Source: Clostridium sp. CAG:1024
GTDB taxonomy: Bacteria > Bacillota > Clostridia > Christensenellales > CAG-138
Reading direction: 5' to 3'
DNA length: 52,775 nucleotides
Assembly (NCBI GenBank): GCA_000432015.1
Contig: HF985514.1
Coordinates: 14,044-66,818 of the forward strand
The notes under the pieces are model-generated. The model worked only from the letters and a program-made list of their open reading frames with translations, had not been told where the DNA came from and did no database searches. Below are positions 35,019 through 44,700 of this stretch, piece after piece. A program made the translations under genes and the position numbers. Within the stretch, counting starts at the first letter, position 1. The number at the start of each line of letters is the position of its first letter.

Positions 35019-36091
35019 CAGGCTTCACCTCCTTCGGCGGACGATGCGTTCGTTTCTGATACTGCACGCTTGTTTTTCGGTTTCTTCGGCTTTTTCTCTT
35101 TCGGTTCGCGGTTCAGGAGCTTTTCAAGCAGCTGCGACAGTGAGAAATCATACTGTCCAAGCAGACCGGAGGGCTTGAAGATCATGACCACGATCAAAAG
35201 AAGCGAGTACACGATCATTCGATAATCGGAGAATGCGCGCAGCAGCTCCGGCACGGCGGTCAGAACCGTTGCGGAAACAACGGAACCGAGCATGGAACCC
35301 ATGCCGCCGAGCACGACCATGACGAGGATCTCGATCGACTTCATAAAGCCGAAGCCCGAAGGGTTCAAAATACCGAGATAGCTTGCGTACAACGCGCCGG
35401 CAACGCCCGCAAAGAACGCGGAAGCGGTGAAGCCCAGCGTCTTATAGAATGTCAGGTTGATGCCGCAGCTTTCGGCAGCGATCTCGTTTTCGCGTACGGA
35501 GAGGATCGCGCGGCCGTGGCGAGATTTCATCATCGTGTGGATCAAAAAGCAGACGATCCCGACGCAGAGATAGGTACGGAGGAAGTCTGTTTCCTTCGGG
35601 ATGTTCTTGAGACTCGCGGCGCCGTAGGTGAGTTTAAAACCAAGAACGCTGTCGATATTGAGCAGCACGACGCGGATGATCTCGCCAAAGCCCAGCGTGA
35701 TGATGGCGAGATAGTCGCCCTTGAGCCGCAGAGCCGGGATGCCGATCACTATGCCGAACAGCGCCGCAACGATGCCGCCGATCAGAATGCCGATGGGGAA
35801 GGAGATCGAGGCGTTCATCGCGGTACGGGTCATGAAAATCGCGGAGGCATAGGCGCCGACCGCCATAAAGCCCGCGTGGCCGAGCGGCAGCTGGCCGAGA
35901 TAGCCGGTCGCAATGTTCAAAGATACTGCAAGGATGATGTTGATGCCGATGAGCACGATGACCTTGGAAAGATAGGTCGAAATGATGTGCTCGTTGATCA
36001 GCAGATTTCCGAGAAAGAGGAATGCCGCAAACAGGACTGTATTGATGAGGTAGCGCAGCGGCATGGGGATTCGCTTCTGTTTCTTTTCCAT
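35018..36091 (-). CDS. livM: Branched-chain amino acid ABC transporter permease (LivM type)
   Basis: It is polytopic with the GQLPLGHAGFMAVGAY motif. A GAGGAGGTG RBS precedes the ATG at 36091. The C-terminal tail is K/P-rich. Confidence 0.8.
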   Translation of the reverse strand: MEKKQKRIPMPLRYLINTVLFAAFLFLGNLLINEHIISTYLSKVIVLIGINIILAVSLNIATGYLGQLPLGHAGFMAVGAYASAIFMTRTAMNASISFPIGILIGGIVAALFGIVIGIPALRLKGDYLAIITLGFGEIIRVVLLNIDSVLGFKLTYGAASLKNIPKETDFLRTYLCVGIVCFLIHTMMKSRHGRAILSVRENEIAAESCGINLTFYKTLGFTASAFFAGVAGALYASYLGILNPSGFGFMKSIEILVMVVLGGMGSMLGSVVSATVLTAVPELLRAFSDYRMIVYSLLLIVVMIFKPSGLLGQYDFSLSQLLEKLLNREPKEKKPKKPKNKRAVSETNASSAEGGEA

Positions 36092-36104
36092 GGTTCGCAC
36101 CTCC

Positions 36105-36992
36105 TCAAACTTTCTCCGACATGGAGCGGCCCAGAATGCCCGTGGGCTTGACAAGCAGAACGACGATCAGGATCGCGAAAACCACGCCGTCTTTCCAGAC
36201 AGAAAGTCCGGCGGCGGAAACGAGCGCCTCCGCAAGACCGATGGCAAAACCGCCGATCATCGCGCCGGGAATGGAGCCGATGCCGCCGAGAACCGCGGCG
36301 ACGAACGCCTTCAGACCGAGCATGGAACCCATGGTCGCAGTCGCCTGCGGATAGGCCGTGCAGTAGAGCACGGAGCCGATCCCTGCAAGTGCGGAACCGA
36401 TCGCGAAGGTGAAGGAGATCGTGCGGTTGATGTTGATGCCCATGAGCTGTGCCGCACCCGTATCTTCGGAGACTGCACGCATAGCTTTTCCCATCTTGGT
36501 TTTCTGAATGAGCAGCGTGAGCGCGACCATCGACAGCGCGGTGACAGCGACGGTCACAATGGCGGTGCCGGGGATCTCAACCTGCCCGATGGAAGCATTC
36601 GGAACGGTGAAAAACGGGGGAATGACCTGTGCGCCCGCCCCAAAGATCATCTGCGCCGCATTTTCTAAAAGGAAAGAAATACCGATCGCGGTGATGAGCA
36701 GAGAGATGCGGGGAGAGTTCCTGAGCGGCTTATAGGCGATCTTCTCGATCGAAACGCCGAGCAGTATGCAGCCAAGGATCGCGAACAGGATCGCAAAGAC
36801 CGGGTTGAGCGCAAAGCGAGCCATACAAAGCCAGGCGATGTATGCGCCGATCATGATGATGTCGCCGTGCGCAAAGTTCAGCAGCATGATGATTCCGTAG
36901 ACCATGCTGTAGCCGAGCGCCACAAGCGCATAGATCGAGCCGGATTGGAGTCCGTTGATGATCTGCCGGAGAATGGTGGATAAGGCGGACAT
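36105..36992 (-). CDS. livH: Branched-chain amino acid ABC transporter permease (LivH type)
   Basis: IINGLQSGSIYALVALGYSMVYG...NFAHGD is the canonical LivH N-terminus. Confidence 0.85.
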   Translation of the reverse strand: MSALSTILRQIINGLQSGSIYALVALGYSMVYGIIMLLNFAHGDIIMIGAYIAWLCMARFALNPVFAILFAILGCILLGVSIEKIAYKPLRNSPRISLLITAIGISFLLENAAQMIFGAGAQVIPPFFTVPNASIGQVEIPGTAIVTVAVTALSMVALTLLIQKTKMGKAMRAVSEDTGAAQLMGININRTISFTFAIGSALAGIGSVLYCTAYPQATATMGSMLGLKAFVAAVLGGIGSIPGAMIGGFAIGLAEALVSAAGLSVWKDGVVFAILIVVLLVKPTGILGRSMSEKV

Positions 36993-37103
36993 AGAATTCC
37001 CTTTCTGTTACGCCGAAACCGTGCGGAGGCGTTTGCCTCCGCACAGTGCGGCAGTTTTCATACGATATTCGGAAAAAAGGTAATTTCGGATACGGGCGCC
37101 GAC

Positions 37104-38306
37104 TTAATAGATCTCCTTAAAGACCTCTCTGCCTTTCACAAGCTCCATGATGACCGCGTCCTTGATGGGGTTATTGCTGTCGTCAAAGGTGTAGCCGGTC
37201 GCGCTCGTGACGCCGACCACGCTCGGACCCTCCGTGCGGATCGCATCGATGACGGCCTGCTTGTACTCGTCGGAGCCGGTCGCCGCGCCGCTTTCCTCCG
37301 CCTTGGTCAGTGCTGCACAGAGCACGGCGGCCGCGTCGTAGGCAAGCGCAGCAAACATGTTCGGCACGGGCTCTCCGTAGGCTTCCATGTAAGCCGCCTC
37401 AAACGCCTCGACTGCATCGGTGGATTCGGGAGCGTATGCGGAACAGTACAGGCTTCCCTCCAGATCTTCTGCAGAAGCGTAATCGGAAACGCCGCCCCAG
37501 CCGTCGCCGCCCAGGAACATTGCATCGAGACCGAGCGCACGGGCCTGCGTGATGATCATGCCGTCGTCCTCATAGTAATTCGGGCAGAAGACAACGTCGG
37601 GATTCTTCGACATGATGTTGGTGAGCTGTGCGTTGAAGTCCTTATCACCCTTTGCGTACCCCTCGGAGGCAACAACGGTCACGCCGAGCTCGCCGCATTT
37701 TGCAATAAAGGCTTCCGCAAGGCCCGCTGCGTAGGCGTCGCCGGTCAGCGCGATAACGGCGGCGGTCTTAGGATGGAGTTTCCCCCCCGCATAGGTCGGC
37801 CTTTCCGCGGCATAGGTCGCCATTTTCTCGCCTTGGAACGGATCGATGAAGCAGGAGCGGAACACGTTGGAATAGACCGTGCCGTCGTCCTCGTTGACCG
37901 TAACGGCAGCCGCCGTCGCGGAAGCGGTGATCATCGGCATGTTGATGGCGTAGGCTTCCGGCACGACTGCAAGCGTGTTGCCCGTCAGAACGTCGCCGAG
38001 GAACGCGGTGATGCCGCCGTCGACAAGACGGTTGAACGCATTGACGGCCTCTGCGTCATCGCCCTTGTTATCATAGCTGACAACCTCGATCTGCTTGCCG
38101 TTGATGCCGCCGTTTGCATTGACCTGATTGAAGTACAGTTCGGCACCGTTTTTCACAGCGAGACCGTAGACCGCGGTTTCTCCGGTGTACGGGCCCTGCA
38201 TGCCGATCTTGATAACGTTGGAGCCGGCGCTTTTCGAGCAGCCCGCAAAAGCGAAGCAGGCTGCCAGCATAACGACTGCCATGACAAAGCTGATGGTTCT
38301 TTTCAT
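37104..38306 (-). CDS. ABC transporter substrate-binding lipoprotein (LivJ/Peripla_BP_6 type)
   Basis: It has a signal peptide with a lipobox (MKRTISFVMAVVMLAACFAFAGC). IKIGMQGPYTGETAVYG is typical of Leu/Ile/Val-binding proteins. A GGGAGGAAA RBS is present. Confidence 0.8.
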   Translation of the reverse strand: MKRTISFVMAVVMLAACFAFAGCSKSAGSNVIKIGMQGPYTGETAVYGLAVKNGAELYFNQVNANGGINGKQIEVVSYDNKGDDAEAVNAFNRLVDGGITAFLGDVLTGNTLAVVPEAYAINMPMITASATAAAVTVNEDDGTVYSNVFRSCFIDPFQGEKMATYAAERPTYAGGKLHPKTAAVIALTGDAYAAGLAEAFIAKCGELGVTVVASEGYAKGDKDFNAQLTNIMSKNPDVVFCPNYYEDDGMIITQARALGLDAMFLGGDGWGGVSDYASAEDLEGSLYCSAYAPESTDAVEAFEAAYMEAYGEPVPNMFAALAYDAAAVLCAALTKAEESGAATGSDEYKQAVIDAIRTEGPSVVGVTSATGYTFDDSNNPIKDAVIMELVKGREVFKEIY

Positions 38307-38339
38307 TGTGGTTTCCTCCCGGTTGAAATATCTCTTTCT

Positions 38340-38373
38340 ACAAAACAGCGGCCCCGTCCTTGAACGGAGCCGC
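38340..38373 (-). terminator. Terminator or attenuator hairpin between the small ORF and the substrate-binding protein gene
   Basis: GCGGCTCCGT/ACGGGGCCGC pair at 9 of 10 positions, followed on the minus strand by TGTTTTG. Confidence 0.5.
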
Positions 38374-38409
38374 CGCAGTGCAAGCTTGGTGTTTGCGGTC
38401 AAGTCCGAT

Positions 38410-38592
38410 TCAAGGAACGCTGGGGCGTACAATCAGGCTAATCAGTACGCAAATAATAAGTACGGCCAAAATAAGAAGTACGCCCAACTGAACGTTGAGC
38501 GTACGGATGAAAGCGACCATGGCAGCACAGCAAGCGGGCGCACAGAATGCGTTCGCAAATGCGGTATTCCTGCTCGACTGCTTTGCCTGCAT
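38410..38592 (-). CDS. Small (60 aa) hypothetical membrane protein with a Cys-rich N-terminal half
   Basis: MQAKQSSRNTAFANAFCAPACCAAMVAFIRTLNVQLGVLLILAVLIICVLISLIVRPSVP. An AAAGGAG RBS lies 6 nt before the ATG at 38592, and a consensus-like promoter lies 40 nt upstream. Confidence 0.45.
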   Translation of the reverse strand: MQAKQSSRNTAFANAFCAPACCAAMVAFIRTLNVQLGVLLILAVLIICVLISLIVRPSVP

Positions 38593-38638
38593 GGTGCGCT
38601 CCTTTCCTGCAAAAAGCTGCAAAAAAATCATTGCAGTT

Positions 38639-38667
38639 ACTTTACCACCGTTCGCGGCCGCTGTCAA
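38639..38667 (-). promoter_or_regulatory. Candidate promoter heading the small ORF and liv operon
   Basis: On the minus strand: TTGACA (38667-38662), a 17-nt spacer, then TAAAGT (38644-38639). Confidence 0.55.
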
Positions 38668-38718
38668 CAGGAAATCATATATTTTATATCACTTTTTCAA
38701 AAAATCATTGTCCAAACG

Positions 38719-39810
38719 TCAATGCGGCCACGGGATCGGCACCTGTCCCTGCTCGCCCTCGGCGGAAAACGCGTATTTTTCCATCTGGTGCGCAGGCTCA
38801 TCGAAATACACATAGTCGTCCATATAGGGGGAATAGCTGATGTAGCGGATCACATCCGCGTTTTCATCGACCTGCAGGAAGTGAATATAGCCGTCTCCAC
38901 CCGTGCGCTCGGCGGCGGCAGCATCGCCAATGGCCTGATAATTCGCGATCATTTGGAGCACCGTGCGATCCGGAACACCGTCGCCGTCGTCATCCAGCTC
39001 GACGGGAACGCGGTCGCAGTTGTACCGGTGTCCGCACATGACGAGGTATAGATTCTTTGACGGCTTCACAACGTTGTCATAGAGAAGCTGACCCTGCTCG
39101 GTGAGCGAAAGGTCATGGTAAAAATAGTCGTGTACGGCGAGCACGCCGACGCGATCCGGATACGCCGCGAACGTTTCGCGCGCCCAGTCCATACCTGCCT
39201 GCGTCACCTGATAGCCGAGGTAGACGAAAAGGAACTCCGTATTACCGGCGCTGATAAGGTCAAAATGACCGCGGTTATCCTCAAAGCTGCCGCCGTACCA
39301 GGACTTTCCGGCATAACGGGATTCGCCGAAATAGCGGGAAAAGTACGAGTAGTCGCAGTCCTCCGGCTTTGTGCCGACGTCATGGTTGCCGGCCGCAACG
39401 CCGTTCGGAAGATCGTCGATGATCTGCATGGCGCGGTCGGCGACCGCCCACTGTTCCGGCACGTCCCGGTTATGAACGAGATCGCCCGTGTGAACAATGT
39501 AGGCAAGGCGCATCCGATCCGCGTTGTCCCGCAAAAACTGCGTCATGCACTCAAACACACCGTTGTTTTTGCGGCTGTAGTACTGCGTATCGGAGATCCA
39601 GGCAATGGTGTATTGCCCGGAGTCCGCGTTCAGCGCGTCCGGGATCGGCGTGTTCGTGGGCATGGGCGTAGGCGACGGCGTGGGATCGGCAAGAAGCAGC
39701 TCCACGATCGGAGAGCTCTCCGCCGTGGGAGACGCCGGCGCATCCGTTCTGGCGCATCCGCCGCAGAGCAGAAACAGCACGGAAATTAAGATCAGAAAAT
39801 GACGTTTCAT
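38719..39810 (-). CDS. Lipoprotein metallophosphoesterase (calcineurin-like), copy 1
   Basis: It has a lipobox signal peptide (MKRHFLILISVLFLLCGGC) and a P/T-rich linker. The motifs ISDTQ, HTGDLV, AAGNHD and CGHRY are present. Confidence 0.75.
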   Translation of the reverse strand: MKRHFLILISVLFLLCGGCARTDAPASPTAESSPIVELLLADPTPSPTPMPTNTPIPDALNADSGQYTIAWISDTQYYSRKNNGVFECMTQFLRDNADRMRLAYIVHTGDLVHNRDVPEQWAVADRAMQIIDDLPNGVAAGNHDVGTKPEDCDYSYFSRYFGESRYAGKSWYGGSFEDNRGHFDLISAGNTEFLFVYLGYQVTQAGMDWARETFAAYPDRVGVLAVHDYFYHDLSLTEQGQLLYDNVVKPSKNLYLVMCGHRYNCDRVPVELDDDGDGVPDRTVLQMIANYQAIGDAAAAERTGGDGYIHFLQVDENADVIRYISYSPYMDDYVYFDEPAHQMEKYAFSAEGEQGQVPIPWPH

Positions 39811-39856
39811 GGGAGTAGTATACCACGTTTTTTGTGAATACAACAGCTGCATATGC

Positions 39857-39885
39857 TTGATTCTATGCAGCGAATCGTCTATGAT
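39857..39885 (+). promoter_or_regulatory. Candidate arcA promoter overlapped by an inverted repeat
   Basis: TTGATT (39857-39862), a 17-nt spacer, then TATGAT (39880-39885). The inverted repeat CTGCATA-N10-TATGCAG spans 39847-39870. Confidence 0.4.
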
Positions 39886-39906
39886 AAGATGTAAGGAGGC
39901 AGATCT

Positions 39907-41124
39907 ATGTTCCAATCACCCATTCAGATCCATTCAGAGATCGGGAAACTGAAAACAGTCCTGCTGCACCGCCCCGGAACAGAGCTTGAAAACCTTATGC
40001 CGGAGTATCTGTCACGTCAGCTGTTTGAGGATATTCCTTATCTTGTGCATGCGCGCGAAGAACACGACTGCTTTGCAAAAACGCTTCGCGGCTGCGGCGT
40101 CGAGGTGCTGTATGTGCTGGATCTCGCCGCCGAGGCCGTGCAGAACGCTGCGGTGCGCCGGGAGATGGTGCGGCAGTATCTCAAAGAGGCCGGACCGAAT
40201 GTTCACGGCATGGAGAAGCAGGCGGAAGCATTCCTGCTGTCGTTCCCGCCGAAGGAAATGCTGAGTCTCATGGTCAGCGGCGTGCGCAAGCAGCAGGTCG
40301 AGGACAGAGCACGAAAGCATCTTGTGGACTACATCGACGACGACTATCCGTTTCTCGTCGATCCGATGCCCAACATGTATTTCACGCGGGATCCGTTTTT
40401 TAATGTGGCCGACGGCGTGTGCATTTCCAGTATGGCAAACCTTGTGCGCCAGCGTGAAACGCTCTTCGGAGATTTTATTTTTCGGTATCACCCCGTGTTT
40501 CGGAACGCGCCGCGGTATCATGAACGCACGGAATCTTTTTCGATCGAGGGCGGAGACGTTCTGGTGCTTTCGCGGGATACCGTGGCGATCGGCGTGTCGC
40601 AGCGCACAAGTCCGCAGGCGGTGGAACTGCTCGCGGAGCGCCTGATTTCGGAAGAGACGCAGGTTCGCCGTGTTCTTGCGATCGACATTCCGAAGCTGCG
40701 CGCCTATATGCACCTCGATACCGTCATGACCATGGTAGACCGTGACAAATTTACCGTCCATCCGGCGGCAGCTGCGGCACTGCGATGCTTCCTGCTGGAA
40801 AAGCGCGGCGACAGGCTTGTCATTTCCGAGCAGCAGGGGACGCTGGAGGATACGCTTGCACGCGTGCTCGGCTTGGATCGGGTCACGCTCATCGCCTGCG
40901 GCGGCGGTTCCGTCATCGACGCGGCGCGTGAGCAATGGAACGACGGCGCGAACACGCTTGCCGTCGCACCGGGCGAGGTCGTGACCTTTTCGCGAAATCA
41001 TGTGACCAACCGGATCCTGCGCGATTACGGCGTGACCGTGCATGAGATTCCGTCCGCAGAGCTTTCACGCGGCAGAGGCGGTCCGCGCTGCATGTCAATG
41101 CCATTTTATCGAGAGGAGATTTGA
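39907..41124 (+). CDS. arcA: Arginine deiminase
   Basis: [17 protein letters not shown] at the N-terminus, FTRDPF, and the C-terminal catalytic GGPRCMSMP. An AAGGAGG RBS is present. Confidence 0.9.
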   Translation: MFQSPIQIHSEIGKLKTVLLHRPGTELENLMPEYLSRQLFEDIPYLVHAREEHDCFAKTLRGCGVEVLYVLDLAAEAVQNAAVRREMVRQYLKEAGPNVHGMEKQAEAFLLSFPPKEMLSLMVSGVRKQQVEDRARKHLVDYIDDDYPFLVDPMPNMYFTRDPFFNVADGVCISSMANLVRQRETLFGDFIFRYHPVFRNAPRYHERTESFSIEGGDVLVLSRDTVAIGVSQRTSPQAVELLAERLISEETQVRRVLAIDIPKLRAYMHLDTVMTMVDRDKFTVHPAAAAALRCFLLEKRGDRLVISEQQGTLEDTLARVLGLDRVTLIACGGGSVIDAAREQWNDGANTLAVAPGEVVTFSRNHVTNRILRDYGVTVHEIPSAELSRGRGGPRCMSMPFYREEI

Positions 41125-41129
41125 AACCC

Positions 41130-42146
41130 ATGAAAACGTTGGATCCCGCAATGAAACAAAACCTTTACAAAAGAAATTTTCTGACGCTGCTTGATTATAC
41201 ACCAGAGGAGATCCGGTTCCTGCTCGATCTTGCACACAATCTGAAAGAGGAAAAGCGGGCCGGCGAACGCAAGCTTCGGCTCGCCGGAAAAAACGTCGTG
41301 CTGCTGTTTGAAAAAACCTCGACCCGCACTCGCTGCGCCTTTGAGGTCGCGGCGCTCGACGAGGGGGCGCACGCAACGTTTTTGAGCAACAGTCAGATGG
41401 GAAAGAAGGAGTCGCTCGAGGATACCGCGCGGGTGCTCGGCAGATTCTACGACGGCATCGAGTACCGCGGTTTTTCACAGCAGGTCGTTGAAGACCTCGC
41501 TGCATATTCCGGCGTGCCGGTTTGGAACGGACTTACCGATCTGTACCACCCGACGCAGATTCTCGCGGACCTCATGACACTGGAGGAACACCTCAAAAAA
41601 CCGCTTTCCGAGTGTAAATTTGTCTATATGGGCGATGCGCGGAACAATATGGGGAATTCTCTGATGATCGGTGCGGCCAAGATGGGGATGCGCTTTACGG
41701 CCATCGCGCCAAAAACGCTTTGGCAGGACGAGAAGCTGACCGCCAAGATGCGCGAACTCTGTAAAGAGACCGGCGGCAGTATCGAACAGACCGATTCACT
41801 GGACGGCCTCGAGGGCGCGGATGCAGTCTATACGGACGTCTGGGTGTCGATGGGTGAGGAAGCGCAGTTTGCGGAGCGGATCCGGCTGCTCGAGCCATAC
41901 CGCGTGACCATGGACGCGCTACGCCGAACGGGCAATCCGGACGTGTTGTTTTTGCATTGCCTGCCGGCATTCCACGATCTCAACACGGTCGTGGGACGCG
42001 ACATTTTCGAGCGGTTCGGACTGACCTGTATGGAGGTCACGGACGAGGTGTTCCGCAGCCGTCACAGCGTCGTATTTGATGAAGCGGAGAATCGGATGCA
42101 TACGATCAAGGCCGTGATGGTCGCGACGCTTGCGAAATCGCTTTGA
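41130..42146 (+). CDS. arcB: Ornithine carbamoyltransferase (catabolic context)
   Basis: [18 protein letters not shown] and [18 protein letters not shown] lies 12 nt before the ATG at 41130. The listed TTG at 41121 is too close to the RBS. Confidence 0.88.
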   Translation: MKTLDPAMKQNLYKRNFLTLLDYTPEEIRFLLDLAHNLKEEKRAGERKLRLAGKNVVLLFEKTSTRTRCAFEVAALDEGAHATFLSNSQMGKKESLEDTARVLGRFYDGIEYRGFSQQVVEDLAAYSGVPVWNGLTDLYHPTQILADLMTLEEHLKKPLSECKFVYMGDARNNMGNSLMIGAAKMGMRFTAIAPKTLWQDEKLTAKMRELCKETGGSIEQTDSLDGLEGADAVYTDVWVSMGEEAQFAERIRLLEPYRVTMDALRRTGNPDVLFLHCLPAFHDLNTVVGRDIFERFGLTCMEVTDEVFRSRHSVVFDEAENRMHTIKAVMVATLAKSL

Positions 42147-42181
42147 GCAAACGAAAACCGAACGGAGAGGAAAGTGCTGCC

Positions 42182-43224
42182 GTGAATGAAACGCACAGAA
42201 AACATCCATGCTGCCGCCCTGCCGTGCTCGCTGCCGCATGCCTGATCACGATTTTGCTTGCAGGCTGCGGAGCAGAGCAGCAGAACTCCATGGCCGCTGC
42301 CGACACCACGGCGCCAACGATCGAGCAGACGGCGGCGCCCACGCCGGTTCCGACGCCGGTTCCGACCCCGGAGCCAACACCCTTTTCGATCGTATGGATG
42401 TCGGATACGCAGACGATGTCCAAGAGCGAAAGACTTTCAGCCGCGATCCAACCGATGTTCGACTGGGTCGTTCAGAACAGGGAAGCCGAGAGTATCCAGC
42501 TCGTCGTGCATACCGGCGACATCGTGGAAAACGGCTGGAACGATACCTACTGGTCACGCATCAGCCCCGCGATCGATTCGCTCGGGGACATTCCCTTCGT
42601 TCCCGCCGCGGGCAACCATGACGTCGCAAAGAAGCGGGGCGGGTATGAACCGCTCCAAAAACAGGGCTTCATACAGCGGCAGGACCCGGACTACCAGTAT
42701 AAAGACGGCGCCGGGTATTATGTGCGGTTTTCCGCCGGCGGCATGGACGTGCTCGTGCTTGCGCTCGGCTATCTCTCGATCGATGAAGACGGCTTTGCAT
42801 GGGCGCGCAGCGTGTTTGACGCGAACCCGGATTGCTACGGGATCCTCGCGGTCCACAGCTATCTGTCCTACATGGGGCCGCGGACAAGTACGCTGACGCC
42901 CAGGGGACAGCGTTGCCGCGACGGCATCGTGGCGCAGTGCAAAAATGTCCGGCTCGTGCTCTGCGGCCACGTGAAGGAGGACGCGCGCTACGAGGAGACT
43001 TTGATGACGACGGCGACGGCGTGGCGGAACGTTTGGTCACGGCGCTGCGCCATAACGACCAGAGCGCGAAGCGGCTGACACGAATCGGGTATCTTCGTCT
43101 GTTGACGTTTGACCCGCTGGCTCGGAGGATCACGGTCACGGACTATTCCCCGTTTTTAGGAAAGGGCAGAACGAATGCCTATGGAACGCCGGTGCCGCCG
43201 GTCGTGATCGAAAATGCGTTCTGA
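42182..43224 (+). pseudogene. Lipoprotein metallophosphoesterase, copy 2, interrupted by a 1-nt frameshift near 42998
   Basis: Lipobox (ITILLAGC), P/T linker, MSDTQ, HTGDIV, AAGNHD and CGHV lie in frame A (to 43078). The conserved continuation FDDDGDGV...YLRLLTFDP...VTDYSPF lies in frame B (to 43224). The alignment to copy 1 is colinear across the junction. Confidence 0.7.
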
Positions 43225-43348
43225 TCTCGAAAACCGTACAAGTCGGGAATGCCCAAAGACATTGCATCTTGCGGGGACGGAGAAACTAACGTATAATAAT
43301 AGAATATTTTTGTACACCAAATGATTTTTGAGCACAGGAGGATTTCTC

Positions 43349-44665
43349 ATGGCGCGTTATGCAAACGATGTCGGCGTACTCGTACCCAAGGTCATGCTCC
43401 CGCCTGCGGACGCGGATTTCCAAAAGTGGGCGGTCGTTGCCTGCGATCAGTATACCTCCCAGCCCGAATACTGGGAAAAGGCGCGTGAGATCATCGGCGA
43501 TGCACCGACGACGCTCGACCTGATCCTTCCGGAAGCGTATCTCGGCAAGCCCGGCGAAGCGGAGCGGATCGAAGCCATTCGGAGCAATATGCGTGCGTAT
43601 ATGGCACTCGGCGTTCTTGAAGAACGCGAGCAGGGCTTTGTGCTCGTGACGAGAACGGTCGAGGGGAAAACCCGCCAGGGATTGGTCATGGCGCTCGACC
43701 TTGAGCAATATGATTACAACAAGGGCGCGACGACGCTGATTCGCGCCACGGAGGGGACGATCGTTGACCGTATCCCGCCGCGCCTGCGTATCCGGGAGGG
43801 CGCGCCGGTCGAGCTGCCGCACATTCTTGTGCTCATCGACGACCCGAAGCGCACTGTCATCGAACCGCTCGTCGCAAAGGCGGCGGAGCTTCCTCTGCTC
43901 TATGATACCGACCTCATGCAGAACGGCGGGCACATCACGGGCCGTCTTGTCAGCAAAGAAAAAGACGTAGAAGCCGTGCTCGACGCGCTTGCGGCGCTTA
44001 CCGACGCGGATGCGTTCCGTGAGAAGTACGGCGATCATGCGCCGCTGCTGTTTGCCATGGGCGACGGCAACCACAGCTTTGCTACGGCAAAGGCCAATTG
44101 GGAAAAGATCAAAGCGACGCTGCCCAAGGAGGAACAGGCGGATCATCCTGCGCGTTACGCGCTCGTCGAGGTCGAAAACGTCCACGACGACGGGATCGTG
44201 TTTGAGCCGATCCATCGTGTGCTGTTCGGCGTAGAAGGCGGGATTGCCGCGGAAGCGATCCTCCATGAACTTGCCGAGCAGAACGGCGATGCGGAGATCG
44301 TGGAGGAAGTCCTGCCTGCAGAGGGCGGTAAAACGCATGTGATCCCGTTCTTTACGAAAAACCGCGCGGGCAGTTTTGTCGTTCGCGAGCCGGCACAGCA
44401 GCTTGCGGTCGGAACGCTGCAAAACGCGATCGATGCGGTGATCCGAACGCATCCCGGCGCGGAGGTAGACTACATCCATGGCGCGGACGTCGTGCGCGAG
44501 CTTTCGGAAAAAGAGAACGCGATCGGGTTCCTGCTGCCTGCAATGGCAAAGTCCGAGCTGTTCCCGACCGTGGTGTATGACGGCGCACTGCCGCGCAAGA
44601 CATTTTCCATGGGCGAAGCGAACGAAAAACGCTATTATATGGAGTGCAGGCTGATCGAACGCTGA
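43349..44665 (+). CDS. DUF1015-family protein (function unknown)
   Basis: It is about 438 aa. The N-terminal VLVPKVMLPP...WAVVACDQYTSQPEYW and the overall size resemble DUF1015/PF06245. An AGGAGG RBS precedes the ATG at 43349. Confidence 0.6.
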   Translation: MARYANDVGVLVPKVMLPPADADFQKWAVVACDQYTSQPEYWEKAREIIGDAPTTLDLILPEAYLGKPGEAERIEAIRSNMRAYMALGVLEEREQGFVLVTRTVEGKTRQGLVMALDLEQYDYNKGATTLIRATEGTIVDRIPPRLRIREGAPVELPHILVLIDDPKRTVIEPLVAKAAELPLLYDTDLMQNGGHITGRLVSKEKDVEAVLDALAALTDADAFREKYGDHAPLLFAMGDGNHSFATAKANWEKIKATLPKEEQADHPARYALVEVENVHDDGIVFEPIHRVLFGVEGGIAAEAILHELAEQNGDAEIVEEVLPAEGGKTHVIPFFTKNRAGSFVVREPAQQLAVGTLQNAIDAVIRTHPGAEVDYIHGADVVRELSEKENAIGFLLPAMAKSELFPTVVYDGALPRKTFSMGEANEKRYYMECRLIER

Positions 44666-44700
44666 CGGAGACGATAACTTTAGAACAGGAAACGGATACT

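Noticed and set aside
38410-38667. The full 85-aa version of the small ORF, starting at 38667.
   Set aside because: Its first 25 codons overlap the TTGACA/TAAAGT promoter and have no RBS. The internal ATG at 38592 has a strong AAAGGAG RBS.
44666-44700. A lysine riboswitch or T-box in front of the aspartate kinase gene.
   Set aside because: The gap is only 35 nt and holds no structured leader.
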